Of a stretch of 64,000 nucleotides of DNA, positions 21,097 to 30,137 are shown piece by piece. The DNA lies in the NCBI GenBank assembly GCA_963675595.2, contig CAXXLZ010000002.1, positions 3,232,001 to 3,296,000 of the forward strand. The letters run 5' to 3'. A program made the position numbers and the translations under genes. Position 1 is the stretch's first letter. Each line of letters begins with the position of its first letter. Below the pieces are notes generated by a model that ran no database searches, was not told the DNA's origin, and was given only the letters and a program-made list of their open reading frames with translations. This stretch comes from Thermodesulfobacteriota bacterium (GTDB lineage: Bacteria; Desulfobacterota; Desulfarculia; JACQYL01).

Positions 21097-22273
21097 CTAC
21101 AGCTTCAGCAGGTTCTTGAGACGTCGAATGGCCAGTAACGCGTCCGCGCCGTCCACCGGTCCGTGAGGGTTGAACTCCCCCGTGGCCAAACTTTCGGATT
21201 CCATGACTCCCCGGCTGGTGACCACCATGACCGCGTTGAAATAGGGCAGATCGCTCCTCAGATCCGGAAACGGCGAGGCGCTCCCGATGAATTCCGTGGA
21301 CAGCTTGTCGTCGCCGGTGAGCTTGACGAGGATGTCCTCCACCATGACGGCGTACTCGGCCCGGTTGATGGGTTCATCCGGATGAAAGGTGTGGTCCGGG
21401 TACGGTTCCAGGCCTCGCACGCCCAGCTTGATGACTTCGTCGATGTCGGCCTTTAAAGGATGGTCTTGGATATCCACGGCCGGTGCCGTCTTCACCAGGG
21501 TTTCCGTTTCAAAGTCCTTCTCGGGGGAATGGAAGGCCGTATCGAATTCCTTTCGGCCCATTTTGCGGTAGAGCTCGTTCAGCTTCAACTCCTGGATGAA
21601 CAAAGCGGCTGCGTCGGCTCGACCGATCTTGTCGATCAAGGCGATTTTCTTTCCAATCAGGGTGCCGGGCGCGGCGCGGCGCGGCGCGGCGGATTTTTTG
21701 CACCAGTTTCCACTCCGTGTCTGCCTGATTCACGTAATCCTTGTCGATCTCGATGACCTTGGCGAACAGGTCCGCCGCCTTGCCGAATTCATAGGCCGTT
21801 CGGTAGGCCGTGCCCATGAAGTAATACGTCGGCGCGTACCGGTCGTTGATCTTTTCGGCCTTCTTGAAGTGCTTCTCGGCCTTTTCCACCCAATCTTCCG
21901 CTCGTTAAGCCGAATAGACGCGCACCATGCCCACATGGTAGTCCAGTTTGTCCTGTTCGGACTTCATGGTGTCTTCGGCCGCTTCCATGTGTCGGAATGC
22001 GGAATCGAAGTCGCCTTTGAGCGCCGTTGTAATGCCGAGCCCGGAAAAGGCTCGGGAATACTTGGGGTCCAGCTCGACGGCGAGGTTGAATTCCCGTTCC
22101 GCGTCGTCCGGGCGTTCTTCCTCCAAAAGCCTCAATCCGGTGAGCACGTGGTGTTCCGGGGTATCCATGGCCCCGGTGGGCTTGCGGATCCGGGGTTCCT
22201 TGGCGCAGGAGGCCGCCAGCAGCAGAACGGATACGGCGGCCAGGGCCGCGAATACTCGCAATTTGGCGTTCAT
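21097..22273 (-). pseudogene. TPR-repeat lipoprotein with a C-terminal SLH-like domain, disrupted
   Basis: Lipobox LAASC; TPR repeats; SLH-like FHPDEPINRAE; in-frame TAA at 21905-21907 and a frameshift at the (GGCGC)4 tract 21668-21687. Confidence 0.8.
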
Positions 22274-22307
22274 GGATCAATCCTCCGATGGGGTTATGGG
22301 CTTGGCG

Positions 22308-23258
22308 TTAGTCCAGGACGAACATGGTCCGGCATTGACGGAGAAAGGACAGGGTCTCCGAGGTCCGGCGCAGGGATTCCGCCGCTTCGTTGCCGATGAC
22401 CACGTTGGTTCCGGCGGTTCCGGTGACCTGCAGCGCCTTGATGGTCAACGGATTGTTGGTGACCCGTTGATTGCTCTGGGCCGCGTTGATGTCCTTGGAA
22501 TACCCCGCCATGCCGTATTGGACGGCCCACTCGCGATCCGCGAAGGCGGAACCGTAGACTTCTCTTCCGTCTTCGTCCAATACGCGGGGGCTCATGCAGG
22601 GCTTGAGGTTCAGCCCACGGGAGTCGATGACCAGGCCCGTGTAGACCACGCCGGGCTGAGCCGCGGGCTCGACGACGGTTTGCGGCGCGGCCTCGGGTGC
22701 GGCCACCGGCTGTTGGGCCTGTTGCGGCTGAATCGGCCGATTCTCTTGCGGTGCGGACGCCGTCCGGTGTTGAGGCTGCGAGGGTGCGGCTTGCCGCAAC
22801 TTGGGTCCCAGAATTTCGTCCGTGAATCGACCGTAAAGATTCAGAACCATGGTGACCTCCACGGTACCGTCTTCGATGTATCGGGTATCCTCGACTCTGG
22901 CCCCCTTGATCACGCCCTCGACCTTGGCATGGATGACGTCGCTTTCCGTCATGAAATCAGCGACCTTGGTTTCCGCGTCCACCTGAACCCCTTTGATGAT
23001 TTCCAGGAGGTTACGATAAGCCACGGTCCGGGCGGCGCGGAGGGCCATGGGGCGTTCATTGGCTTTGCCCTCATATTTGAGGGGAGGGGCCCCGATGCCC
23101 ACCACGGTGACGTTGCCGTCCTGCCAGTTGATTGTTCCGTTGACCGTTTGTTCCACATACCCCCACCGCCCTTGGGCCAAAGCGGGGACGGCGGCAGTGA
23201 ACCAACAACCCGCCGTCAGCAGGGTCAAAAACACGATCCGCAAAACCCGGTTCATCAT
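22308..23258 (-). CDS. Secreted LPP20-like protein
   Basis: Signal peptide; INW..G.V.V.GIG, ALRAARTVAYRNLLEIIKGVQVD, YTGLVIDSRG..L.P.MSPR. Confidence 0.7.
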   Translation of the reverse strand: MMNRVLRIVFLTLLTAGCWFTAAVPALAQGRWGYVEQTVNGTINWQDGNVTVVGIGAPPLKYEGKANERPMALRAARTVAYRNLLEIIKGVQVDAETKVADFMTESDVIHAKVEGVIKGARVEDTRYIEDGTVEVTMVLNLYGRFTDEILGPKLRQAAPSQPQHRTASAPQENRPIQPQQAQQPVAAPEAAPQTVVEPAAQPGVVYTGLVIDSRGLNLKPCMSPRVLDEDGREVYGSAFADREWAVQYGMAGYSKDINAAQSNQRVTNNPLTIKALQVTGTAGTNVVIGNEAAESLRRTSETLSFLRQCRTMFVLD

Positions 23259-24005
23259 GTTCCACTCCTTTCGTGCGCAAGGGAATGTGCCCATCAGGGC
23301 TGAGAATGGTTTGCGCCGCTTCTTTCAATCGCTTGTTTGAAATTGCTCTTTCCCAACGATCCGCCGAACTTCAGGTCTTCCCTTTTTTTCCACTATCCGT
23401 TCACTGGTTTCTTGCGGGATATCCGGGAAGTCGAAAACGGACCCGCCGCCCTCGCAAGTAACCTAAGCAAAACAGGTGCCGGAGGGTTTCTCTGAGTGCC
23501 CTGCGTGAGGAAGGGCCTTGAACGGTGCCGAACAACGGAGGATTTGAATCGCGGGTTGGAGTTCCTATGGCCGGGTCATCCAGGAAAAGGGTAGCCACAT
23601 TTGGTATTGGAACGAAATATGGCGGTCAATGTTGGTCGTCATGGACGCTCGGCCGATTCGGAGCATGTGATTCCGACACTGAAATGATTGGAATCGGAGG
23701 GACTCCGAATGGGATTACGCGCACTCTGCCGGTTTCCCGGTTGTTTTCCGCATTCGGTTGCTTGTCAATGTGGGCCTCTTGGAATGAGTCAACGGCCGAA
23801 GTCCGCGGACCTAAGACACAAGACACACTCTCCAGGAAATACCACTCGTTTTGGCGCTCTTTGGCTTTTTCTTAGGGATTCGTTTGCCTGCATTTGGTTG
23901 CTCAATGGCTCGTTTCGATGTTTCGGAGTTGGTGACGGCAAGCGGGTCTTGTTCGTGCAGGAAGACAGGAGAGGGTTCGGCCCGAGGCATGTTCATCCGG
24001 TCGGC

Positions 24006-24064
24006 AAAACAAGAAGCCAAGCGCATGTGCAGGCGCTCGGCCGATTTTCCGATGGATTCCGGCC
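24006..24064 (-). repeat. Copy of the tRNA-Pro 3' flank/terminator (att-like)
   Basis: 52/59 ungapped identity with 27302-27360. Confidence 0.8.
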
Positions 24065-24065
24065 T

Positions 24066-24569
24066 CTATTCCACTGCGGCCTTCATGTCCTTGATGAGCA
24101 GAAAGAGATGGAAGGGATCGGTGGGGCTGATTTCGAAACCCCATGAGAGATACCACTGTTTCGCGTCTTGTCCTTTGGCGTGCACCGGGAGCGCTCGAAT
24201 TCCGGCGATGTCGGCGGCCTGTACGGTGCGGAGCAGAGCGTCTTTGAGCAATGCGCGGCCCAGGCCCCGCCCCTGATGTGTTCGATCCACGGCCAAGCGA
24301 GCCAACAGCATCACCGGCACGGGATGTCTTGCAAGCCCCTTGACGACCCGAGCGGGCGCATCCTCGGGAACAACACTTCCCACACAAAGGCTGTAATATC
24401 CGGCAACCGTTTTACCCGCACAAGAAACATACGTTTGTGCGCTGTCGGCCTTTTGATTGAGCAAAGCATAGCGCTGGAGGAAGACGTTCAGTTCCGGCTC
24501 TTCGCAGTCGAAGGAATCCACTTATTCGTCGTCGGTGAGTTTGCGGACCGGGCTGAGAGGCTCCTTCAT
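24066..24569 (-). pseudogene. GNAT acetyltransferase toxin (TacT/AtaT-like) with a premature stop
   Basis: ATG overlaps the antitoxin stop (ATGA); TAA at codon 16 (24522-24524); the downstream FDCEEPELN, LLARLAVD and QGRGLG are intact. Confidence 0.8.
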
Positions 24570-24847
24570 CCGTCGAGGATTCCGGGCTCGTTGAGCAATT
24601 GCCTGAGGCGCGGTTTGATCGTCACAGGCCGATCCAGAGCGGCCTGGAACTCCTGCCATCGGGCTTCATCCAGAAGGAATACACGCCTGTCGGCCAGGAT
24701 CTGATTGGCGGCGACGATTCCGGCTTCCAGAATGAATTCGCTTACACTCTTGTGGGACGCTTTGGCGGCTTCATGGAGCAAGGCCTTGGCGGCGCTGCCG
24801 ACACGGATGTCGATGCGTTCGGTTTTTGCTTCTCTTGTGGCGGGCAT
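24566..24847 (-). CDS. DUF1778 RHH antitoxin (TacA/AtaR-like)
   Basis: KTERIDIRV...AAKASHKSVSEFIL...F.LD...WQEFQAALDRP; lies upstream of the GNAT gene. Confidence 0.88.
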   Translation of the reverse strand: MPATREAKTERIDIRVGSAAKALLHEAAKASHKSVSEFILEAGIVAANQILADRRVFLLDEARWQEFQAALDRPVTIKPRLRQLLNEPGILDG

Positions 24848-25008
24848 CTCAGGCCTCCGTGTTTGACAATCGGGAATGTATTGTACGGTGATTGTCCCGA
24901 CAAGTTAATTCGTTGCCTAAGGTTGGCGAGCCGTGGTGCAGGCGATGATGCCCGTTCCCCGAGCGTTGCGGGCTGTGGGCATCACGTTCCAGCCATGCGG
25001 GATAGACG

Positions 25009-25122
25009 GCGGCATTGCTTTGAGCCGCAGTACCGGCCGCCGCCGTGTGACACCCGGTACGAGCCCGCCGACGGACCGGGGGCAGATCCATCGGGATGGT
25101 CGCCGTACCAGTCTCGGCACCC
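25009..25122 (-). pseudogene. Relic of a second FGE/CLec VR-bearing gene
   Basis: CRDWYGDHPDGSA---PGPSAGSYRVSHGGGRYCGSKQCR aligns with the target's VQDWYGDYPGGSVTDPTGPSSGSGRVIRGGSWLFSAGFCR at both DNA and protein level. Confidence 0.75.
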
Positions 25123-25168
25123 GGGGATTGCGGTCACAGTCACAAGGGGAGCGAGCCGTCGGGGGCGC

Positions 25169-25510
25169 TCAGGTATCGGAAGGACGTGTGGGGCCGTTGG
25201 GTTCAACGGCTTCGGCGTGCAGTCTCAGCCCCAGTGCGCCGATCACCTTGAGGATCGTGTCGAACCCTGGGCTTCGCTCGCCGGAGAGCGCCTTGTAAAG
25301 GCTTTCCCTGGAAAGCCCGGCATCGCGCGCCACTTGTGTCATGCCTTTGGCCCGGGTCCGTTTGTCGCCGCCGGCCAACAACACGACCACCTGCCGATCC
25401 TGCTCCCTGTAATACACCCGATAGCCGGGTCCGTAGTCAATCCGCAATTCAGAAACACCCTCACCCACGGCCTTCACATCTCCGGGATTGCCGGCCGCCA
25501 ATCGCTCTAT
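25169..25510 (-). pseudogene. Fused remnant of a RelE/HigB-like addiction killer and an HI1420-like HTH antidote
   Basis: IERLAAGNPGDVKAVGEGVSELRIDYGPGYRVYY...LLAGGDKRT joined in frame to RAKGMTQVARDAGLSRESLYKALSGERSPGFDTILKV. Confidence 0.75.
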
Positions 25511-25528
25511 ACGGTCACATGCTGCTCG

Positions 25529-25626
25529 TTTTGCGAATCGCGTACGCGATTCGTAAAAGCGCAACGGGGGGCCGGGGGGCCATTGGTCCCCCGGCAGGGG
25601 GTGCAGGGGGACGGCGTCCCTCTGCG
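25529..25626. repeat. Palindrome plus REP-like GC hairpins replacing the toxin 5' end
   Basis: TTTTGCGAATCGCGTACGCGATTCGTAAAA near-perfect palindrome; GCCGGGGGGCCATTGGTCCCCCGGC and GCAGGGGGACGGCGTCCCTCTGC hairpins. Confidence 0.55.
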
Positions 25627-26164
25627 GCAAATCTGCTCGGCGTTCTCTTCCCAAGCGTGTCGCAACGGCTTCCGGAATGTGAATCTCAGGATACGGCCCA
25701 CACGACGTTCAAGAAGGTAAGAAGATCACCTCGGCGGTAGACTGGACTTCCGACGAACGGTCGGGCTAAAATATGAACGATTTCTCCTATCGTCGCAGTG
25801 GGCTTTTGTTTTGGCGAATCAGTGCTTCCTGCTCCGGCCGGCGCCTTCCTTTGCTGATTTGTGACCTGCTCAGTTGCCTGGCCGGACGAACCGAATGCAC
25901 TTGGACGAGAGCATGCCGCCGGTTCGGCTCGCATAGGAGTCCGGCATTTCGCTGAATTTGTCACCCAACCGTTCATCATCTATCGAAAGCAGGCAGACGT
26001 CGAATGGCTCTTGGTTGTTCGCCGAGGTCTCTTGTCGGCGTAGCGAACCAGGCAACCGGTATCTTTCTTTCAAGCAGCTTTGAGCCGTCGTTTTGCGCCG
26101 TCGGAGCGGCGCGACAAAGTCGGATTGAGCAACCTAGGTGCCCGTTCTACAAAAGGAGTCGATC

Positions 26165-26974
26165 ATGGAAGATTGGACGCAGCAAGTGATCAATTTTGTA
26201 ACCGGCTATGGTTTGAATATCCTCGGCGCCGTAGTCATTCTGATCTTGGGTAAGATAGCGGCGTCCGTAGGACGGTCGGCTTTGCACAGGGTGCTCACCA
26301 AGGCCGGAACGGATGAGGCTCTGGTCGCCTTTTTCGGGCATTTGGCCTATTACCTCGTCTTGGTGTTCGCGGTCATCGCCGCCTTGTCGAAATTCGGCGT
26401 ACAAACGGCCTCTTTCATCGCCGTACTCGGAGCCGCGGGTTTTGCCGTGGGGTTCGCCTTGCAGGGGTCGTTGGCCAACTTTGCGGCCGGCGTGCTCATC
26501 CTCGTGCTCCGCCCTTTCCGGCTGGGCGATTACATCGAGGGTGCCGGCGTTTCGGGAACCGTCAAGGAAATCCAGCTGTTCAACACCATTCTCGCCACTC
26601 CCGATAATATCAAGATTATTGTGCCCAACGGCAAAATGTTCGGTGATGTGATCAAGAACATAACGGCCTACGATACCAGACGCGTCGATCTTGTGGTGGG
26701 CATCGGCTACGATTCCGACATTGCGTTGGCCTTCCAAACCATTGCGAAAATTCTCGCTGAGGACGATAGGATCTTTCCGGATCCCGCTCCCCAGATCGCT
26801 GTTTCCGATTTGGCGGATTCCAGCGTCAACTTGATTATTCGCCCATGGGTCAAGAAAGAACATTACTGGCCGGTGCGCCTGGATTTGACTCGAAGAATCA
26901 AGGAGGAGTTCGACGAAAACGGTATCGAGATTCCGTTCCCGCAAAGGACGGTGCATATGGTTTCAAACCATTGA
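26165..26974 (+). CDS. mscS: Small-conductance mechanosensitive channel
   Basis: GAAGFAVGFALQGSLANFAAG, RPFRLGD, IIVPNG, IEIPFPQR. Confidence 0.93.
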   Translation: MEDWTQQVINFVTGYGLNILGAVVILILGKIAASVGRSALHRVLTKAGTDEALVAFFGHLAYYLVLVFAVIAALSKFGVQTASFIAVLGAAGFAVGFALQGSLANFAAGVLILVLRPFRLGDYIEGAGVSGTVKEIQLFNTILATPDNIKIIVPNGKMFGDVIKNITAYDTRRVDLVVGIGYDSDIALAFQTIAKILAEDDRIFPDPAPQIAVSDLADSSVNLIIRPWVKKEHYWPVRLDLTRRIKEEFDENGIEIPFPQRTVHMVSNH

Positions 26975-27301
26975 CGGCCTCGGGGCTCCGTGAGTAAGCT
27001 GGACACCATACCCGTCCTTCCATGATGCAGGAGCGATCGACGGAGGTGACGGTACCTTCCGTATCGCTGCGAGGTGATTCCTTTTACTCACCGCGGCCTT
27101 CATGAGCGGAAGGAGATGTAAGGGATCGGTGGGGCCGGCCCCGAAACCCCGGCCGGGTCGTTTCTCCGGCAGTTGTTTTTTCAGCGGATCTTTCGTCGGC
27201 TTTTTGGGCTGCATGCTCAAGCGATGTCCCTTTTCCGGTAATCCGACAACTGGAACCCGAAATCGGACTATGTAGCAAAGACGGCGGAAAAAGCCTTTCC
27301 A

Positions 27302-27339
27302 AAAACAAAAAGCCGAGCGCTTGTGCAAGCGCTCGGCCG
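27302..27339 (-). terminator. Intrinsic terminator downstream of tRNA-Pro
   Basis: GCCGAGCGCTTG/CAAGCGCTCGGC hairpin with a T tract on the minus strand. Confidence 0.8.
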
Positions 27340-27355
27340 ATTTGCCGATGGATTC

Positions 27356-27432
27356 TGGTCGGGGTGACTGGACTTGAACCAGCGACCCCCGCCTCCCGAA
27401 GACGGTGCTCTACCAGGCTGAGCTACACCCCG
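27356..27432 (-). tRNA. tRNA-Pro (CGG)
   Basis: CGGGGTGTAGCTCAGCCTGGTAGAGCACCGTCTT-CGG-GAGGCGGGGGTCGCTGGTTCAAGTCCAGTCACCCCGACCA forms a cloverleaf with encoded CCA. Confidence 0.96.
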
Positions 27433-28075
27433 AAACCATGAAGACCGCTCTCCTACGGGACATTCGCGCCTCGAACCCCTTGGCGGGGCGTCCGAAGAGT
27501 CGATTCATCCCTCGAAGACCGGAAGCCCCGTATGTTAATGAATACCATATGGATTGTCACGCTTTTTTTAAGGTGGCGGATGTGGTAAGGAAACAAGTGT
27601 CGCATGGGGCGTGCAAAGAGCCGCAGAAGCGGGTCGGCGCATGCTCCGTTGCGGCCGAGACCCGGCCGGTTGATCCGCAGCATTCCGAGACGGCACAGTC
27701 TCGTTTATGAGAATCGATCCCCTTGCCGATATGCCGGGGAGGCGCCTACGGCAAGCCGCCGAGGGCGGGCGTGATCTCGTCGCGGAGATCCGGGTCGCCG
27801 AGATTCGTCGAGGCCGGCTTCCTCCGCACACGGGGTCCGGGGGAAATATGGGTCCCCTGGGGCGACCGTGAGAACCATATCATCAGGTTGCGCCGTGTGG
27901 GTTGTTCGGGTCCGGACCGCTCTCCTCCGCGCGCCCGTCCGCCGAAGACGTTGAGACGTGTTCGGGGGGCCTTGATTTGAAAAGAGGTCCGAGACACAGT
28001 ACGTTCGAGAGTTCTCTTTCGGAGCATACCTAAAACCTTCCACCCGTTCATCATGACAAAAAAAGCAGGTCCCGC

Positions 28076-29098
28076 ATGAAAAAAATCGACACTCGAGACG
28101 CCGTAGGCAAGGTCTTGGGACACGACGTCACGAAGATCATTCCCGGTTCCTTCAAAGGTGTGGCATTCAGCAAAGGGCACGTAATCACGGAAAAAGACGT
28201 GGATGAGCTGATGGACATCGGGAAGTACTCGATCTACGTGATGGAAATGCCTCCCGGACACATTCACGAAGACGAGGCCGGCATTCGGCTGGCCCGGGCT
28301 TTCGCCGAAGAAGACCTCCGATTCACGGGCCCCAAGGAAGGCAAGGTGGCCATTGCGGCTCCCCACCAGGGCCTGCTCCAGGTGCGGCCCGAATTGGTGA
28401 CGCGGGTGAACCTGGTGGAAGGCGTCATGCTGTCCACCCTGCATACTCTTACCCCGGTGGAGGCGGATGAAACCGTGGCCGCGGCCCGAATCCATCCTTT
28501 GACCATCGACGAAAAAGTCATTTTGGACATGGAGGAACTCAGTGTCCGTGAAGGGAAGATCATCCGGGTCCTGCCTTATCTGACCAAACGCATCGGAGCC
28601 TTGGTCACGGGCACGGAAATCGTGGAAGGTCGAATCCGGGACGGTTTTGACGAGGCCGTGGGTAGAAGGATCGAACGCTTCGGTCAGACGGTGCGCATGA
28701 AACTCACGGCCCGGGACGATCGGGATGAGATCGCGTCCAAAATCACCGCCTTGAAACAGGCCGGCATGGAGATCATTACCATCACGGCGGGGCTGTCCGT
28801 GGACCCCGACGACGCCACCGTGGCGGGAGTGAAGCAGGCCGGAGCGAAAATCGTGTTCTACGGGTCTCCTCTCCTCCCCGGCGCCATGTTCCTGTACGCG
28901 AAACTGGACGGTACGGACGTGCTCGGCTTGCCCGCATGCGTGTTTTATCACGCCACTACGGCTTTTGACGTGTTTTTCCCGAGGATTCTGGCCGGGCTGG
29001 AAATCACGCCGCAGCAGGTGGCCGAGATGGGTCACGGAGGGTTCTGTCGCAACTGCCCCGAATGCCGGTATCCCAACTGCGCCTTCGCCAAGGTTTGA
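28076..29098 (+). CDS. Molybdopterin-binding (MoeA/MogA-like) protein
   Basis: AVGKVLGHDVT, LVTGTEIVEGRIRD, GLSVDPDD, PLLPGAMFL, LGLPAC and a C-terminal CxxCxxCxxPxC. Confidence 0.85.
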   Translation: MKKIDTRDAVGKVLGHDVTKIIPGSFKGVAFSKGHVITEKDVDELMDIGKYSIYVMEMPPGHIHEDEAGIRLARAFAEEDLRFTGPKEGKVAIAAPHQGLLQVRPELVTRVNLVEGVMLSTLHTLTPVEADETVAAARIHPLTIDEKVILDMEELSVREGKIIRVLPYLTKRIGALVTGTEIVEGRIRDGFDEAVGRRIERFGQTVRMKLTARDDRDEIASKITALKQAGMEIITITAGLSVDPDDATVAGVKQAGAKIVFYGSPLLPGAMFLYAKLDGTDVLGLPACVFYHATTAFDVFFPRILAGLEITPQQVAEMGHGGFCRNCPECRYPNCAFAKV

Positions 29099-29117
29099 GG
29101 AATCAATAATCATGATG

Positions 29118-29163
29118 CCGGGGGGCGCTTTTGGAAAAAGCGCCCCCCGGACCCCCCGCAAAA
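29118..29163. repeat. REP-like hairpin repeat
   Basis: CCGGGGGGCGCTTTT-GG-AAAAAGCGCCCCCCGG followed by ACCCCCCGCAAAA; same architecture as the copies near 11.9, 13.5, 47.2 and 50.9 kb. Confidence 0.65.
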
Positions 29164-29283
29164 CGGTTGCGTATGGCCGCACCGCCTCCGGCGGAGCGGC
29201 GGGGTATGAGCAAATGGTCATCATTTACGGGGGGAACTTGTCTATTGTAGGGGCGGGTCCCCAAATCTCCTTTGGAGTCTGTT

Positions 29284-30108
29284 ATGACCATGGATAAACG
29301 GAATTCCTCCCCTTCTCTGAAGGACCTGCGCGTTCTGATCATCGGGGCCGGCGACCTGGCTACGGGTACGGGCCACCGGCTTTTTCAAAGCCGTTTCAGA
29401 GTCATGATGACCGAAATCCTCCAACCGCTGGCCGTTCGCAGGACCGTAAGCTTCAGCGAAGCGGCCTACGAAGGCGTTCATGTGGTGGAAGGGGTGCGAG
29501 CGGAACGCATCGATGATTCCGGCGAAGCGGATCGCGTGTGGGCCGCCGGCGGGGTTCCGATTTTGATTTCGGAGAATCCGGACCTACGCAACCTGGCTTT
29601 CGACGTGGTGGTGGAAGCCACGCTGCGCAAGCGCAACGTGGGCCTGACACGGGAAGTCGCTCCCCTGGTGATCGGCCTTGGGCCGGGTTTCACCGCAGGG
29701 CGGGACGTCCACGTGGTGGTCGAAACCAATCGGGGTCACAATCTGGGCAGGTTGATCTATGAGGGAGCCGCCGAGCCGGATACGGGAATTCCGGGGAACA
29801 TCGCGGGGTTTACCTGGGAACGGGTCCTGCGGTCTCCCGCGGAAGGCGTGCTGGAAGCCGGCATAAGGCTTGGAGACAAGGTGGAAAAGGACCAGGTGGT
29901 GGCTCATGTGGCGGGTTTGCCCGTTGTGGCCGGGGTGTCGGGGGTGGTCCGGGGGCTCATTCGACCGGGCATTCGGGTGAGTGACAAAGCCAAAGTGGGC
30001 GACATTGACCCACGGGGTGAAATCGGATATCTATATTCCATTTCAGACAAATCCAGGGCCATAGCCGGATCGGTGCTGGAAGCCGTTCTCCATCATTTCA
30101 ATTGTTGA
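29284..30108 (+). CDS. yqeB: Selenium-dependent molybdenum hydroxylase system protein, YqeB family
   Basis: GAGDLATG, AVRRTVSFSEA, IGLGPGFTAG, ETNRGHNLGR, KVGDIDPRG, SDKSRAIAGSVLEA. Confidence 0.88.
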   Translation: MTMDKRNSSPSLKDLRVLIIGAGDLATGTGHRLFQSRFRVMMTEILQPLAVRRTVSFSEAAYEGVHVVEGVRAERIDDSGEADRVWAAGGVPILISENPDLRNLAFDVVVEATLRKRNVGLTREVAPLVIGLGPGFTAGRDVHVVVETNRGHNLGRLIYEGAAEPDTGIPGNIAGFTWERVLRSPAEGVLEAGIRLGDKVEKDQVVAHVAGLPVVAGVSGVVRGLIRPGIRVSDKAKVGDIDPRGEIGYLYSISDKSRAIAGSVLEAVLHHFNC

Positions 30109-30137
30109 GTTCCCATCTCTCGCCTCGGTGAAACGCT

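Noticed and set aside
23341-24000. Short ORFs in the long gap upstream of the LPP20-like gene
   Set aside because: No motifs, RBS or consistent coding signal were seen. The gap is probably promoter or decayed DNA.
21905-24524. In-frame stops at 21905 and 24522 as recoded Sec/Pyl codons
   Set aside because: Both are TAA rather than TGA or TAG, and the surrounding region shows other decay.
25861-26043. Possible ParE/RelE toxin fragment (EFVTQPFIIYRKQADVEWLLVV)
   Set aside because: The resemblance is short and weak, with no start, RBS or partner gene. It cannot be supported without an HMM search.
27746-29224. Long antisense or alternative-frame ORFs (also 13717-15486, 4937-6241, 21948-23303, 35928-37151, 57823-58980)
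   Set aside because: They are shadows of well-supported genes on the opposite strand in GC-rich DNA and carry no recognisable motifs.
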